Positions 37,798-47,507 of a stretch of DNA of 64,000 bases are shown here, one piece after another. Where the stretch lies: NCBI GenBank assembly GCA_964599455.1, contig CAZREA010000001.1, positions 135,687 through 199,686 of the forward strand, in the 5' to 3' direction. This DNA is from an uncultured Gammaproteobacteria bacterium. Its GTDB lineage: Bacteria; Patescibacteriota; Patescibacteriia; UBA9934. A model generated the notes under the pieces. The model was not told the origin of the DNA, made no database searches, and worked only from the letters and a program-made list of their open reading frames with translations. The position numbers and the translations under genes were made by a program. Every line of letters begins with the position of its first letter. The stretch's first letter is position 1.

Positions 37798-39177
37798 ATG
37801 TTTACTCTCCTTCGCAATGGACTGATGATCCTTGCCCTTAGCCTCACATTTCTCCCAGTAGGCACACACGCTGCTTGGCTTATGGCTCCACGAAGCCTTG
37901 CCCTAGAAGATGGCGGTACAACCACCGACGACACCACACCCACCCTCACCTGGGTCGCCGCCGATGGCGCAACGTGGTATGACATTAAAATGGACAGTGG
38001 CTCGTATTTAGGAATTGGAAACGTGTTCTCTTATACGCTCGATACGTTAAGTGAAGGATCACATACCGCGTACCTGCGTGCACATAACAATGCCGGCACG
38101 ACAAGTAGCGCAACAACGTTAACGTTTGAAATTGATACCAATGCGTCTGATGGATTCACCGTTGGTCGTATCTCACCCTCAACCGCAACAGAAGATGAAG
38201 AGGTGACGCTCAGCGTTTCAATCTCTGGCGACGAAGTTGTATGGTGCGACCTTTATATTGATGATGAATACATCGATGAAATGGATGAAGAAGATTCGAA
38301 CTCTTTTGTCATCGATTACACCTTCACCAACGACGGTTCATACGACGTATATGCTCTTTGTGGTAATGACGACGATGAAGATGAAGGAACAGCTCGAACC
38401 ATTACCGTTTCCGCAGAAGAAGATACATTCAGCATTCCCGCCGTCACGCCTTCAACGGCTACCGAAGATGAATCGACAACCATCACTGCTCGTCCGTCAG
38501 ATGACGCTGAATGGTGCAGACTGTACGTCAGCGGCAGCAATGTTGGCGAGATGACTGAGCAAAGCAATGGTACCTTTACCAAAAAATACACCTTTACCCG
38601 TGAAGGTTCCTATAAGGTATATGTAACCTGCGAAAGTGAAGATGGTGATACTGTTCGCGGTACCTCGCGCTACATTACGGTACGCAGCGAAGATGATGTT
38701 GACGATGAAGATCTTGAGGGAGAATTAATCAAAATTGCTTGTAGCGCAGGCAACACCGTTTCTGACCCGTGCCGTGCCGTCTACTACTACGGCACTGACG
38801 GCTATCGTCATGCCTTCCCCAACGAAAGCGTGTACTACGACTGGTATGACGATTTCGATGATGTGATCGAAATTAGTTCATCACGCATGGCGTCACTCTC
38901 GATTGGTCGTAACATTACCTATCATCCAGGCAGCGTACTCATATCGTTCCAAACCATTGACGGCGTCTTCGCCATTACGAAGGAACATGTGCTTCATGAG
39001 TACGATACAAACTCCCTTATCCGCAGCGATTGGGGTGAAGACTGGGAAGATGATCTGGTTGAAGTTCCGGTAAGCCTCTACACCAACTACACCATCGGCT
39101 CGGACATCGATAGCTCAAGCGACTACGATCGTGACGATGCCTACGATTCCGTTGATTCGATCAGTGATTTGTTCTAG
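37798..39177 (+). CDS. secreted highly acidic protein with three Ig-like tandem repeats and a conserved C-terminal domain shared with the M23 peptidase at 52668..53694
   Basis: Signal peptide. ~88-aa repeats (PSTATEDEE..W C.LY..G...EM.E...G.F...YTF...GSY.VY..C). C-terminal VYYYGTDGYRHAFPNESVYYDWYDDF module. Confidence 0.6.
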   Translation: MFTLLRNGLMILALSLTFLPVGTHAAWLMAPRSLALEDGGTTTDDTTPTLTWVAADGATWYDIKMDSGSYLGIGNVFSYTLDTLSEGSHTAYLRAHNNAGTTSSATTLTFEIDTNASDGFTVGRISPSTATEDEEVTLSVSISGDEVVWCDLYIDDEYIDEMDEEDSNSFVIDYTFTNDGSYDVYALCGNDDDEDEGTARTITVSAEEDTFSIPAVTPSTATEDESTTITARPSDDAEWCRLYVSGSNVGEMTEQSNGTFTKKYTFTREGSYKVYVTCESEDGDTVRGTSRYITVRSEDDVDDEDLEGELIKIACSAGNTVSDPCRAVYYYGTDGYRHAFPNESVYYDWYDDFDDVIEISSSRMASLSIGRNITYHPGSVLISFQTIDGVFAITKEHVLHEYDTNSLIRSDWGEDWEDDLVEVPVSLYTNYTIGSDIDSSSDYDRDDAYDSVDSISDLF

Positions 39178-39279
39178 AAAAAAATAAAGACCATCCATAA
39201 GGGTGGTTTTTATATTTCCTCATTCAAAATATATTGATAATATTCTTCCGTTAGTAAAGAAAAAACGAGAGATTTTGAT

Positions 39280-39801
39280 ATGCACCAACGTGGAGAATAT
39301 ATCGATATACAAAAAAGTACCCTACATACAATAGGTGAGGTTTTGTTAAAAAACGAAAAGACGCCAACACTTCTTACCCTGGAAATACGCAAACACGGTC
39401 TCTTCACAATCAGTGACAAAGAAGGAAGAATTGTTATTAAGGGCGGAATCGATATGAAGAGATCACGTGCGGGTATACAGCATATTCTTCTTCGGGAAGA
39501 TATTCGTCACATAGGAAATGGTCCGCTTATCATGAATCGCGTTGAAGCTTCTTTACAAGAAATAGGGATAAAAGAAATCTTCGTCGCATTTCGTATACAT
39601 GGTACATTGGACTTTTTCATCAAGTGCGGATATCACATCGTGGAAGCCTCGGCGTTAACATATGAAGAAATGATGGAAATTAACTTCACGGGCATAACAT
39701 TAGAAGAACATGTCGATGCATCATCGTATGAGCAATGGAAACAGAAAGGTTCTCACCTTGATACAGGAGGGAAAATCCTTTTAAGAAAAGTGCTTACATG
39801 A
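39280..39801 (+). CDS. hypothetical protein
   Basis: 173 aa ORF, no motif recognised. Confidence 0.35.
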   Translation: MHQRGEYIDIQKSTLHTIGEVLLKNEKTPTLLTLEIRKHGLFTISDKEGRIVIKGGIDMKRSRAGIQHILLREDIRHIGNGPLIMNRVEASLQEIGIKEIFVAFRIHGTLDFFIKCGYHIVEASALTYEEMMEINFTGITLEEHVDASSYEQWKQKGSHLDTGGKILLRKVLT

Positions 39802-39904
39802 TTTTACATAACAATAGCCTCGCCCTAGCTATTAAAAAGGATAGGTGGTATGGTTCGACCTCACACGATGGCAGCCTTTTTAATGGCTCCAAATCCATAC
39901 CTCT

Positions 39905-40042
39905 ATGACCATGACTGATGGCCAAAACACAACGCCGGTAACCGACGACACCACCGCTACCCCCGTTCACGAACCCGTGAAAACACCAGAGCAAATTGCA
40001 GAAGAGAAAAAAGCAGCCGAAGCCGAGAAGGCCGCTGAATAA
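39905..40042 (+). CDS. small acidic protein (45 aa), hypothetical
   Basis: Short ORF ending in TAA, followed directly by a strong terminator. Confidence 0.25.
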   Translation: MTMTDGQNTTPVTDDTTATPVHEPVKTPEQIAEEKKAAEAEKAAE

Positions 40043-40052
40043 GACCCGTTTA

Positions 40053-40090
40053 AAAGCTCTCACTATTTGGTGAGAGCTTTTGTTATTTTA
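40053..40090 (+). terminator. rho-independent terminator
   Basis: aagctctcac-tatttg-gtgagagctt hairpin plus T-rich tail. Confidence 0.55.
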
Positions 40091-40105
40091 TAAGAAAATG
40101 CTACG

Positions 40106-41356
40106 ATGAATGGCGATATGCGTATTGCAATTATTGGCGGCGGAGCAGCGGGTATGATGTGCGGTGCCACACTGTTACAACGACATCCTTCGGCAGAAAT
40201 CTTTCTTCTTGACCGCAACGATGGATTAGGAAAGAAAGTCATTATCTCAGGTGGCGGGCGTTGCAATGTCACCACTGGCATTCATGACATTAAGACTGTA
40301 CTCAAAAAATATCCACGCGGCGAGAAGTTTCTCACCTCAGCCATGTACGCCTTTCCACCCGAAACAGTCTACAACTGGTTTGAGTCGCATGGCGTTCCGC
40401 TCAAGACACAGACAGATGAACGCGTCTTCCCTGTTTCTGATAATGGCAAAGATATTGTCGGCGTCTTTGAGAAACTCTTTGCCGAATCAGGAGTAAATGT
40501 ATTGCTAAAAACTGCGGTCACGCACGTCGAGAAAAAAGAGGGAAAGTTTTTTCTCTCTTGCAAAAATAATCCCGTACCTCTGGCGGTTGATGTTCTCGTC
40601 CTCACCACCGGAGGACAAGCCTATCGCCAAACCGGCTCAACCGGTGATGGCTACGCCTTTGCCGCAGCACTCGGGCACAGCATCACCCCCCTTGCACCAA
40701 GCCTCAACGCCTTCTTTACCAAAGAAACCTGGCCCGCACGCATTTCTGGCTTGTCGTTCACGAGCGCATCCATTACCGCCAAACGCGGTAAACATCCTTC
40801 CTTTACCGGACCTTTCTTATTTACGCACAAAGGTGTGAGCGGTCCTGCAGTTTTTGCCCTGTCGTCACTTGTAGCATTTGAAACATATAATGCTCAGCAG
40901 CCACTCGACATTCGCATCGACCTCTTCCCCTCGCAATCCATCGATGCACTGAGCGCAGACATTACTCAGCTTGCCAAAAATCATCCGCACAAAATATTCA
41001 GCAACGTGGTCGCTATGGGCATTCCTCAATCACTGGCTGATATCGCGCTCGAAGAAACCGATATTTCCAAAACGAAACGCGCGAACGAAATCGCCAAGAA
41101 AGAGATGCATCGTCTGTGTCTGTGGTTAAAAGGCATTCCCTTATCGGTAATCCAGCGTGGTGCAGGCGATGAATTTGTGACGGCGGGCGGAGTATCTTTA
41201 GCAGAAGTTGATCCGCGTACGATGCAATCGAAGATATGTCCAGGGCTCTTTTTTGCAGGAGAGATTCTTGACGTTGATGGTTTTACGGGCGGTTTTAATT
41301 TGCAAGCATCCTGGGCAACCGGGCATCTCGCCGGTTCACACATCGACATGCTATAA
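40106..41356 (+). CDS. HI0933-like / BaiN-like FAD-dependent flavoprotein (aminoacetone oxidase family)
   Basis: IAIIGGGAAGMMCG dinucleotide-binding motif. 416 aa, typical of the family. Confidence 0.8.
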   Translation: MNGDMRIAIIGGGAAGMMCGATLLQRHPSAEIFLLDRNDGLGKKVIISGGGRCNVTTGIHDIKTVLKKYPRGEKFLTSAMYAFPPETVYNWFESHGVPLKTQTDERVFPVSDNGKDIVGVFEKLFAESGVNVLLKTAVTHVEKKEGKFFLSCKNNPVPLAVDVLVLTTGGQAYRQTGSTGDGYAFAAALGHSITPLAPSLNAFFTKETWPARISGLSFTSASITAKRGKHPSFTGPFLFTHKGVSGPAVFALSSLVAFETYNAQQPLDIRIDLFPSQSIDALSADITQLAKNHPHKIFSNVVAMGIPQSLADIALEETDISKTKRANEIAKKEMHRLCLWLKGIPLSVIQRGAGDEFVTAGGVSLAEVDPRTMQSKICPGLFFAGEILDVDGFTGGFNLQASWATGHLAGSHIDML

Positions 41357-41388
41357 TATATCTATATTCATTCTTCATTTTTCTTCTA

Positions 41389-41454
41389 TGGCCAAAGGAA
41401 CCGGCATGCGCAAAGAAACTAAAAAACCCAAAAAGAACGCAAAGAAAAAATAAG
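41389..41454 (+). CDS. possible 21-aa Lys-rich peptide
   Basis: MAKGTGMRKETKKPKKNAKKK, short and speculative. Confidence 0.15.
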
Positions 41455-41460
41455 AAAATA

Positions 41461-41496
41461 AAAAGACGCCGCAACACTGCGGCGTCTTTTTTGTAT
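41461..41496. terminator. bidirectional rho-independent terminator
   Basis: gacgccgca-acac-tgcggcgtc hairpin with A-run on one side and T-run on the other. Sits between the convergent flavoprotein gene and the ABC exporter gene. Confidence 0.55.
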
Positions 41497-41501
41497 AAAC
41501 T

Positions 41502-43268
41502 TTAGCTTTTTCTCTTACCATGCGAGAGCATTTCCACCGCATGTTCCATTGAGCCCGCGGGAATGATTTCTCCATTATTGACGAAAAAGATTTCGTCAGC
41601 ATTTTCAATAGTGTTCAAACGATGAGCGATGATGACACGTGTAGTAGTTGCAGGAAGCTTTTGCAAAATCTCTTCAAGAATCTGTTCAGTGACCGTATCG
41701 ATATTCGCCGTGGCTTCGTCGAGAATAAGAAGTTCCGGTTCGCGCAAAACCGCACGAGCAAAGGCAATGATTTGCCGCTGACCTAAGCTGAGCGTATCGC
41801 CAGATGTCTGTACGGGCGTTTCCAAGCCTTGGTCAAAACGCTCCAAGAGCACATCTAAGTGATGTTCTTTTAAGACCTTAGTTAATTCTTCTCCTGTCAG
41901 CTCACTGTATTTTTGATTGGCGTACAAAATATTCTCTTTTACTGTGCCTGTGAAGAGAAATGGTTCTTGCAAAATAAACCCGATCTTTTGTACACGCTCT
42001 GCGGGCGTATAGGTTCGGATATCTTTGCCACCAAGGAAGATTTTGCCTTCGGTTGCATCGAAGATGCGAGCCATAAGTGAAGCCGTGGTGGTTTTTCCGC
42101 CACCTGTTGGACCAACAAGTGCATACGTCTTCCCTTTTGCCAGTGCAAAACTGATGCCATGCAAAACCTCTTTGCCATTGGGGTAACGGAAATGCACATC
42201 TTTAAATCGCAACACACTGTCATCTGAATGCATTTCTCCTTGATCAACTGGCACTACGGTCAAATCGTTTTCCATTGCCAAAATCGCCGTAATGCGATCC
42301 CAACCAGCCAGCGCCGTTTGAAAGTTTGCCCACAACGAAGCGAGTTGTCGCAGCGGATTGTAGAAGTTATTGATGTAAGTGAGATAACTGATGAGTAATC
42401 CAAGAGTAAAGTGACCCTGTATGATGAGATACACACCAAAAGCAACCACAATGAGCTGTGCCACGGTAGCGGCAAAGCTGTAAATAGGAACAAAGAAGGT
42501 GTTGGCAATGCCCGCACCGATTGCCGAATGATAGTTAGCCACGTTCGTTTCCTCAAAACGCTGACGGAAATAATCACGGCGATTAAAAGCAACAATCACT
42601 TTAAAATTGTTAAGGCTCTCCTGAATCTCTGCACTGATATTACCCGTACTCTTCAAACTTTCAGCGTTTTTCCGCTTAATCCAGGCCGTGAGCAATCGCG
42701 TAAACACGATGATACCTACCGCTGGCAATAATGAAGCCGCTCCCAATTCAACGTTGATCACAAGCAAAAAGATGCCCGCACCAGCCATGATGAACAGACT
42801 TCCCAAAAACTGCATGAGTGACTGCGAAAAGAATTGATTAATCTTTTCGGTGTCATTGTTAATACGAGAAATCAAATCACCTGTCTTATTTTCATTGAAA
42901 AAGGCGACTGGCAATTCCTGTAGCTTCGCAAATACCGTACCACGCAAACGATAAAGCATGCGCTGGCTCGCACTACCCATCCATTGCGTTTGCAAGTAGC
43001 TTGCAACTAAACCAACTCCATACAACACAAGCAAGAGGAGCGAAAAACGAAGCACGCCGTCGTACTGACGAGTAAGCACATAGGTATCAACAGTGTAACC
43101 AACAATAAATGGTCCGACCAAGTTGATAAGCGTATTCACGAGAAGTGCAGCAAACGCCCACAGCAAATGAATCTTTTCTTCACGCAACAACGGCCCCAAG
43201 CTTTTGAGGCTGGCAAGCGTGCTTTTCTTTTTATCCGAATCGGTTGGAGTATTAAGCGTGTACTTCAT
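41502..43268 (-). CDS. ABC exporter subunit (TMD plus NBD), heterodimeric multidrug-type, partner 2
   Basis: Six TM helices then Walker A (GPTGGGKTT), signature LSLGQRQ, Walker B ILDEAT. Start trimmed to MKYTLNT. Confidence 0.85.
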   Translation of the reverse strand: MKYTLNTPTDSDKKKSTLASLKSLGPLLREEKIHLLWAFAALLVNTLINLVGPFIVGYTVDTYVLTRQYDGVLRFSLLLLVLYGVGLVASYLQTQWMGSASQRMLYRLRGTVFAKLQELPVAFFNENKTGDLISRINNDTEKINQFFSQSLMQFLGSLFIMAGAGIFLLVINVELGAASLLPAVGIIVFTRLLTAWIKRKNAESLKSTGNISAEIQESLNNFKVIVAFNRRDYFRQRFEETNVANYHSAIGAGIANTFFVPIYSFAATVAQLIVVAFGVYLIIQGHFTLGLLISYLTYINNFYNPLRQLASLWANFQTALAGWDRITAILAMENDLTVVPVDQGEMHSDDSVLRFKDVHFRYPNGKEVLHGISFALAKGKTYALVGPTGGGKTTTASLMARIFDATEGKIFLGGKDIRTYTPAERVQKIGFILQEPFLFTGTVKENILYANQKYSELTGEELTKVLKEHHLDVLLERFDQGLETPVQTSGDTLSLGQRQIIAFARAVLREPELLILDEATANIDTVTEQILEEILQKLPATTTRVIIAHRLNTIENADEIFFVNNGEIIPAGSMEHAVEMLSHGKRKS

Positions 43269-45003
43269 AGTGATTGGTGCTGCGTTGAGATTCGTAAATT
43301 TGGACGTATTCAGGTGAAGATTCAAGGAGTTCTGCGTGTGTGCCCTTGGCAAGCACTTCGCCTTCCATCAGCAAGACAATCTCGTCATAGTGTTCAACTG
43401 ATGCAATTTTCTGTGTCACCGAAACCAAGGTTAGCTCAGGATAATTCTGAGTAATATTTGCTAAGATTCGTTGTTCGGTCGGTCCATCAACACGTGCGGT
43501 AAAGTCATCGAGCAACAGTACTTTGGGATTAAGTGCGAGTGCTCGAGCAAGCATCACGCGCTGCTTTTGTCCGCCCGACAAACTGGTGCCGCGCTCGGAC
43601 ACCACCGTATTCAATCCTTCTGGCAAGGTCGCAACAAAGTCAGAGAGCTCGGCGGTATCAATCGCCTTTTGCAACATCTCGTCCGTGACCGAATCGCCAA
43701 AAGCAATATTGTCGCGAATGCTTAAGTTAAAAAGGACGCTGTCCTGAAAGACAAATCCGATCTGCCGATGTAATGACTCGGAATCGTAGGTCGCAATCGG
43801 TTGCCCATCATATAAAATCGTTCCCGACGTCGGCTCGGTTAAAGCCGTCAACAAATACAGGAGTTGCGTTTTACCAGCCGCAGTCGGTCCGATAATCGCC
43901 GTCTTTTTTCCTGCTGCAACCACAAAGGAAACATGCTGCAAAGCCGCTTTTTCGCCGTACATAACCGTCACATCCCTCACTTCGATGTCGCCATGAAGTT
44001 CTTTCTTTACTGTTCCCTTTTCTCCTTCTTCTTTCGCCTCAAGAACATCGACGATGCGTTGGTACGACACACCGGCTTGCGACATGACACTCATCATAAA
44101 ACCGATGATGAAAATGGGAAAAATAAGAATAGCAACATAGCTCGTGAAAGCCGCAAAATCACCAATCGTCACGGTACCGTTCATCACGTAATGTCCACCT
44201 AAGAGCAAAATAATGAGCGTACCGGCATTAGCCACAAAGGTGACAATGGGAATCATGGCCGCAAAGTGACCAAGAATTTTCAAACCCAAATCGCGTGCAT
44301 TCGCATTAGCGGCACCAAATTTGCTGTGCTCATTTTCCTGCCCGTGCAACACCCGGATAAGTGCTGAGCCCAAAATACTTTCGTTAATGACTTTATTCAG
44401 TCGATCAAGCACATCACGACTTTGCATGAACAGTGTTTTGACTTTGCCGAAAATAATGAAAAATGTGGCGGTAATAATGGGAATAATCACAAGAACCGCC
44501 AGGCCAAGCTTCACATTAATCACCAACAGCATGATGCTGGTACCAATGATAATGACCAATGACGATAACAACGATGCAATCACCTGTGCCACAAAAAGCT
44601 TGACTGCGTCAATGTCGGCCGTGAGATAAGTAAGCAACTTAGCCGGATCAGTTTTCTGCACGAAGAGATAGCTGCTTTGCGAAATCTTTGCCGAAAGTTT
44701 CGTACGCAAATCACGTGCGACTTTTTCTGAGGCATACGTCTGAACGATATTTTGCACAATCGTCAACACAAAGATAGCCAACGCCAAACCAACGAATTGC
44801 CAAATGGTTGTCTCATAAGAAAACACTCCTTGTGCAAAAGCATCAATCGCATCAGCGATGACATGCGGAAAAAGAAGGTTTAATCCATTGCCCGCCAAGG
44901 TCACTACCACAAGGAGTGCAACCATGGCCCGATATGGCTGCAAGAGAGAAAAGATGGAAGGTTGGGGAGAAGCTTTTATCGGTTGCTGCATACTGTCTGC
45001 CAA
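43252..45003 (-). CDS. ABC exporter subunit (TMD plus NBD), heterodimeric multidrug-type, partner 1
   Basis: Walker A GPTAAGKTQ, signature LSGGQKQR, Walker B LLLDDFTA. Overlaps the partner by 17 nt. Confidence 0.85.
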   Translation of the reverse strand: MADSMQQPIKASPQPSIFSLLQPYRAMVALLVVVTLAGNGLNLLFPHVIADAIDAFAQGVFSYETTIWQFVGLALAIFVLTIVQNIVQTYASEKVARDLRTKLSAKISQSSYLFVQKTDPAKLLTYLTADIDAVKLFVAQVIASLLSSLVIIIGTSIMLLVINVKLGLAVLVIIPIITATFFIIFGKVKTLFMQSRDVLDRLNKVINESILGSALIRVLHGQENEHSKFGAANANARDLGLKILGHFAAMIPIVTFVANAGTLIILLLGGHYVMNGTVTIGDFAAFTSYVAILIFPIFIIGFMMSVMSQAGVSYQRIVDVLEAKEEGEKGTVKKELHGDIEVRDVTVMYGEKAALQHVSFVVAAGKKTAIIGPTAAGKTQLLYLLTALTEPTSGTILYDGQPIATYDSESLHRQIGFVFQDSVLFNLSIRDNIAFGDSVTDEMLQKAIDTAELSDFVATLPEGLNTVVSERGTSLSGGQKQRVMLARALALNPKVLLLDDFTARVDGPTEQRILANITQNYPELTLVSVTQKIASVEHYDEIVLLMEGEVLAKGTHAELLESSPEYVQIYESQRSTNHYEVHA

Positions 45004-45425
45004 TGATCAATAATCTTTTCTTGAAGACGCAGAATGTGAACGACTTCCCTGTCTGACAAAGGATCAAGTAAAATCTTCATCTTTTGTAAACGATGCTGCT
45101 TTGCCTGGAGCAACATTTTTTTACCTTCAGCCGTTAACTGTAAACATATTTTTCGTCGATCATCCTCATCTTCCTTTCGTTGCAGCAGATTACTTTTTAC
45201 CAAACCATTCACGAGCTGCGTCGCTGCACTTGAAGTCATACCAAACTGCTGTGCAATGTCCTTAACAGTTTGCGCATCTCCTTGATTAATAAGAAAAAGC
45301 ACCTGCAACTGTGCCCGCGGAGGCAACGCCCGTGAACCCTTTTGCATTTTACGTTGCATTATGCCAATTCGCATAAGCGTATCCAGGCTTTGCGAAAGCG
45401 CGTGGAGTAAGTCTTTTCTTTTCAC
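44976..45425 (-). CDS. MarR family transcriptional regulator (GTG start)
   Basis: wHTH (QLQVLFLINQGDAQTVKDIAQQFGMTSSAATQLVNGLVKSNLLQRKEDEDDRR). First gene of the marR-ABC-ABC operon. Confidence 0.8.
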   Translation of the reverse strand: MKRKDLLHALSQSLDTLMRIGIMQRKMQKGSRALPPRAQLQVLFLINQGDAQTVKDIAQQFGMTSSAATQLVNGLVKSNLLQRKEDEDDRRKICLQLTAEGKKMLLQAKQHRLQKMKILLDPLSDREVVHILRLQEKIIDHWQTVCSNR

Positions 45426-45437
45426 AATATGATGATA

Positions 45438-45462
45438 AAGTATCTTACTATATTAGATACTT
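45438..45462. promoter_or_regulatory. perfect inverted repeat AAGTATCT-N9-AGATACTT upstream of marR (candidate MarR operator)
   Basis: 8-bp perfect arms, 13 nt upstream of the marR start codon. Confidence 0.4.
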
Positions 45463-45611
45463 ATCTATCTTCTGTCAAGAAAAATCCGTTCTTTTTTTGA
45501 TACTTTCATACTTTGACAAATTGGCTAATACATGCTATATTTCTTCGTTACAATTCACAGTCATAACACCATCAATCTTCCGTTCTTCAGGAAGTAAAAG
45601 CAAGGAGTCTC

Positions 45612-45800
45612 ATGCGACAAAAATTTGAAGATCTGTGGGATAATTGGAAAGAAATGCCGCCCGTGGAGCGAGTGGCAAGACTCATGGCGCTGAAAGATGC
45701 GCCCACAGGTATCAACTGCGTGACCGTAAGCTGGATCGAGAAGAAGTATAAGGAGTACCTTCCTTATGCCGAAGCGATCGTCGCCGAGGTCGGAAAATAG
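45612..45800 (+). CDS. small hypothetical protein (62 aa)
   Basis: Short ORF followed by a long-loop hairpin (ccccatcac ... gtgatgggg) and a T-run. Confidence 0.3.
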   Translation: MRQKFEDLWDNWKEMPPVERVARLMALKDAPTGINCVTVSWIEKKYKEYLPYAEAIVAEVGK

Positions 45801-45897
45801 CTACGTAACCCCATCACTTTGCTCGTCTCTCCTTGAGGCGACGGGTGATGGGGTCACTGTTTTTATATGCAGACAATAGACTATACTTTTCTGATAT

Positions 45898-46971
45898 ATG
45901 CCCGAAAAAAAATTGTATATTCCGATTGAGAATCTTGAGGTTGAAGCCTGTATGCAGGTGGGCAATATTATCATCCATCCCAGTAAAGATGCGTCCCAAG
46001 TCCTCACTGCCATGGAAAAAGTTCTCCAAAAGACTCGCTCAACAAACGCAGAAAAAGAACGAAAAGCACAAAGCACACGAGAAGATATAGCCACCCATTT
46101 CGGGAAACATGCTTTTGCCGAGGCTTTAATTCACGAAGAAAACAACGGCAAGGATACTTTTCTTATTCCCAAAGAACTCGATCGTACCTATCGCCATATC
46201 AGAGAAGCACTGGCCGTACTTTTTCTTTTTGAGAAAGAAGTTGCTGGCACGGCAACACTTGAACATCAAAAATTTGGACTAAAACAGGATCTCCATAAGG
46301 CGCTCACGTTTATGGTTGCTCTTGAAGGAGAAAAACGATCCGCGCAAACGCTTCGATGGGAAGGAGCAATTGCAGATTGGACATTCACTCATAAAGCCAT
46401 AGAAGATTTTACTACATCAAAACGTTATCAATTTTTACATACTCTTCTTACCAAAGAAGACAAAACTGATATTGAGAAACGCATCCTTTCGGCACTGCTA
46501 TGGTTCTATGAGGCCTCGCTGGATTTCAATTACACCAATCGCTTTGTAAAAATAATCATCGCGCTCGAAGGATTATTCGCATCTCAAAAAGAGAAAAAGA
46601 TTTTTAGTTTATCGCAAACATCGACGCTTTTATCGCACGCCTTTATTTTGCCACATCTACACTGCCAATGTCCCATTCTCAAATCTTCTTCAGCAAGAAG
46701 TTACGACAAAAAAACAGAAGAGCAAAAGCTCCCTGGCCACTGTTCAGCCTACCGTGATATGGAACGCTGGTATTGTATACGTAATGCTATTGTGCATGAT
46801 GCGCATTACGGCGTTGAGAAAAAAGATCTCGCCTCTTTAGAGTGGTGGACATATCAATTTCTTATCAAAACCATTGATCTTACTTCGACGTATCATTTCT
46901 CTACTATTACGGACTTTGATGATTTTTTGGTGAAGACGTACACTGATCTCTGTAAGAAAAATCCACTATGA
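45898..46971 (+). CDS. hypothetical protein with C-terminal HEPN-like R-x4-H motif (Abi_C-like candidate RNase)
   Basis: CIRNAIVHDAHYG at residues ~293-305. ~350 aa helical protein. The stop overlaps the start of a P-loop kinase gene (ATGA). Confidence 0.35.
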   Translation: MPEKKLYIPIENLEVEACMQVGNIIIHPSKDASQVLTAMEKVLQKTRSTNAEKERKAQSTREDIATHFGKHAFAEALIHEENNGKDTFLIPKELDRTYRHIREALAVLFLFEKEVAGTATLEHQKFGLKQDLHKALTFMVALEGEKRSAQTLRWEGAIADWTFTHKAIEDFTTSKRYQFLHTLLTKEDKTDIEKRILSALLWFYEASLDFNYTNRFVKIIIALEGLFASQKEKKIFSLSQTSTLLSHAFILPHLHCQCPILKSSSARSYDKKTEEQKLPGHCSAYRDMERWYCIRNAIVHDAHYGVEKKDLASLEWWTYQFLIKTIDLTSTYHFSTITDFDDFLVKTYTDLCKKNPL

Positions 46972-47500
46972 AGCTTTCGCTCATCATCATCGACGGGCCC
47001 ATGGGATCGGGAAAGACGACCGTCTCTTCCCTCCTGCATCCAAAACTCAAACGCACTGCCTGGATAGGACTCGATCGTATTAAATGGTTTGTTTCTGATT
47101 TTCGTCGATCAAAAAAGATAATGCCATCACCAAGCAGATTCTGCTCGCCATGTGCGAATCGTATCTTTCACAAGGCATAAGCATTTTGCTCGATCAGGCA
47201 ATGCGAGACGAAACGAAAGCAATCTTCTTGAAACTCGCGCAAAAATATCAGGCACAAGTTTTTCAATTTCATCTTACCGCTCCGCGTGATGTGTTACTCG
47301 ATCGCCTGAGTAAACGTCCCAAAGCCGCACTTGCTAAAACGCCCATTCCTCAATCCCGCATTTTAAAAAATCTCCGCATTCATGCAAAGCAAACACATGA
47401 CGATGCAATCACTATTGATTCATCAATAAGAACGCCGGAGGAAATCGCTATGCAAATCACAAAAGATCTTGCTAAAATGCGTGCATCATCACAAAGATAA
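46968..47500 (+). pseudogene. P-loop kinase (AAA_33/zeta-toxin/CPT-like small-molecule or nucleotide kinase fold) split by a -1 frameshift at an A6 run (47111-47116)
   Basis: The N-terminal frame encodes MKLSLIIIDGPMGSGKTTV...WFVSDFRRSKK. Continuation DNAITKQILLAMCESYLSQGISILLDQ is in the adjacent frame. Adding one A restores a ~177-aa kinase. Confidence 0.55.
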
Positions 47501-47507
47501 CCGTTGT

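Noticed and set aside
39830-39900. GGTTCGACC T-loop-like string suggesting a tRNA
   Set aside because: No acceptor-stem pairing, D-arm or anticodon arm could be built around it. No other tRNA-like sequences seen in the window.
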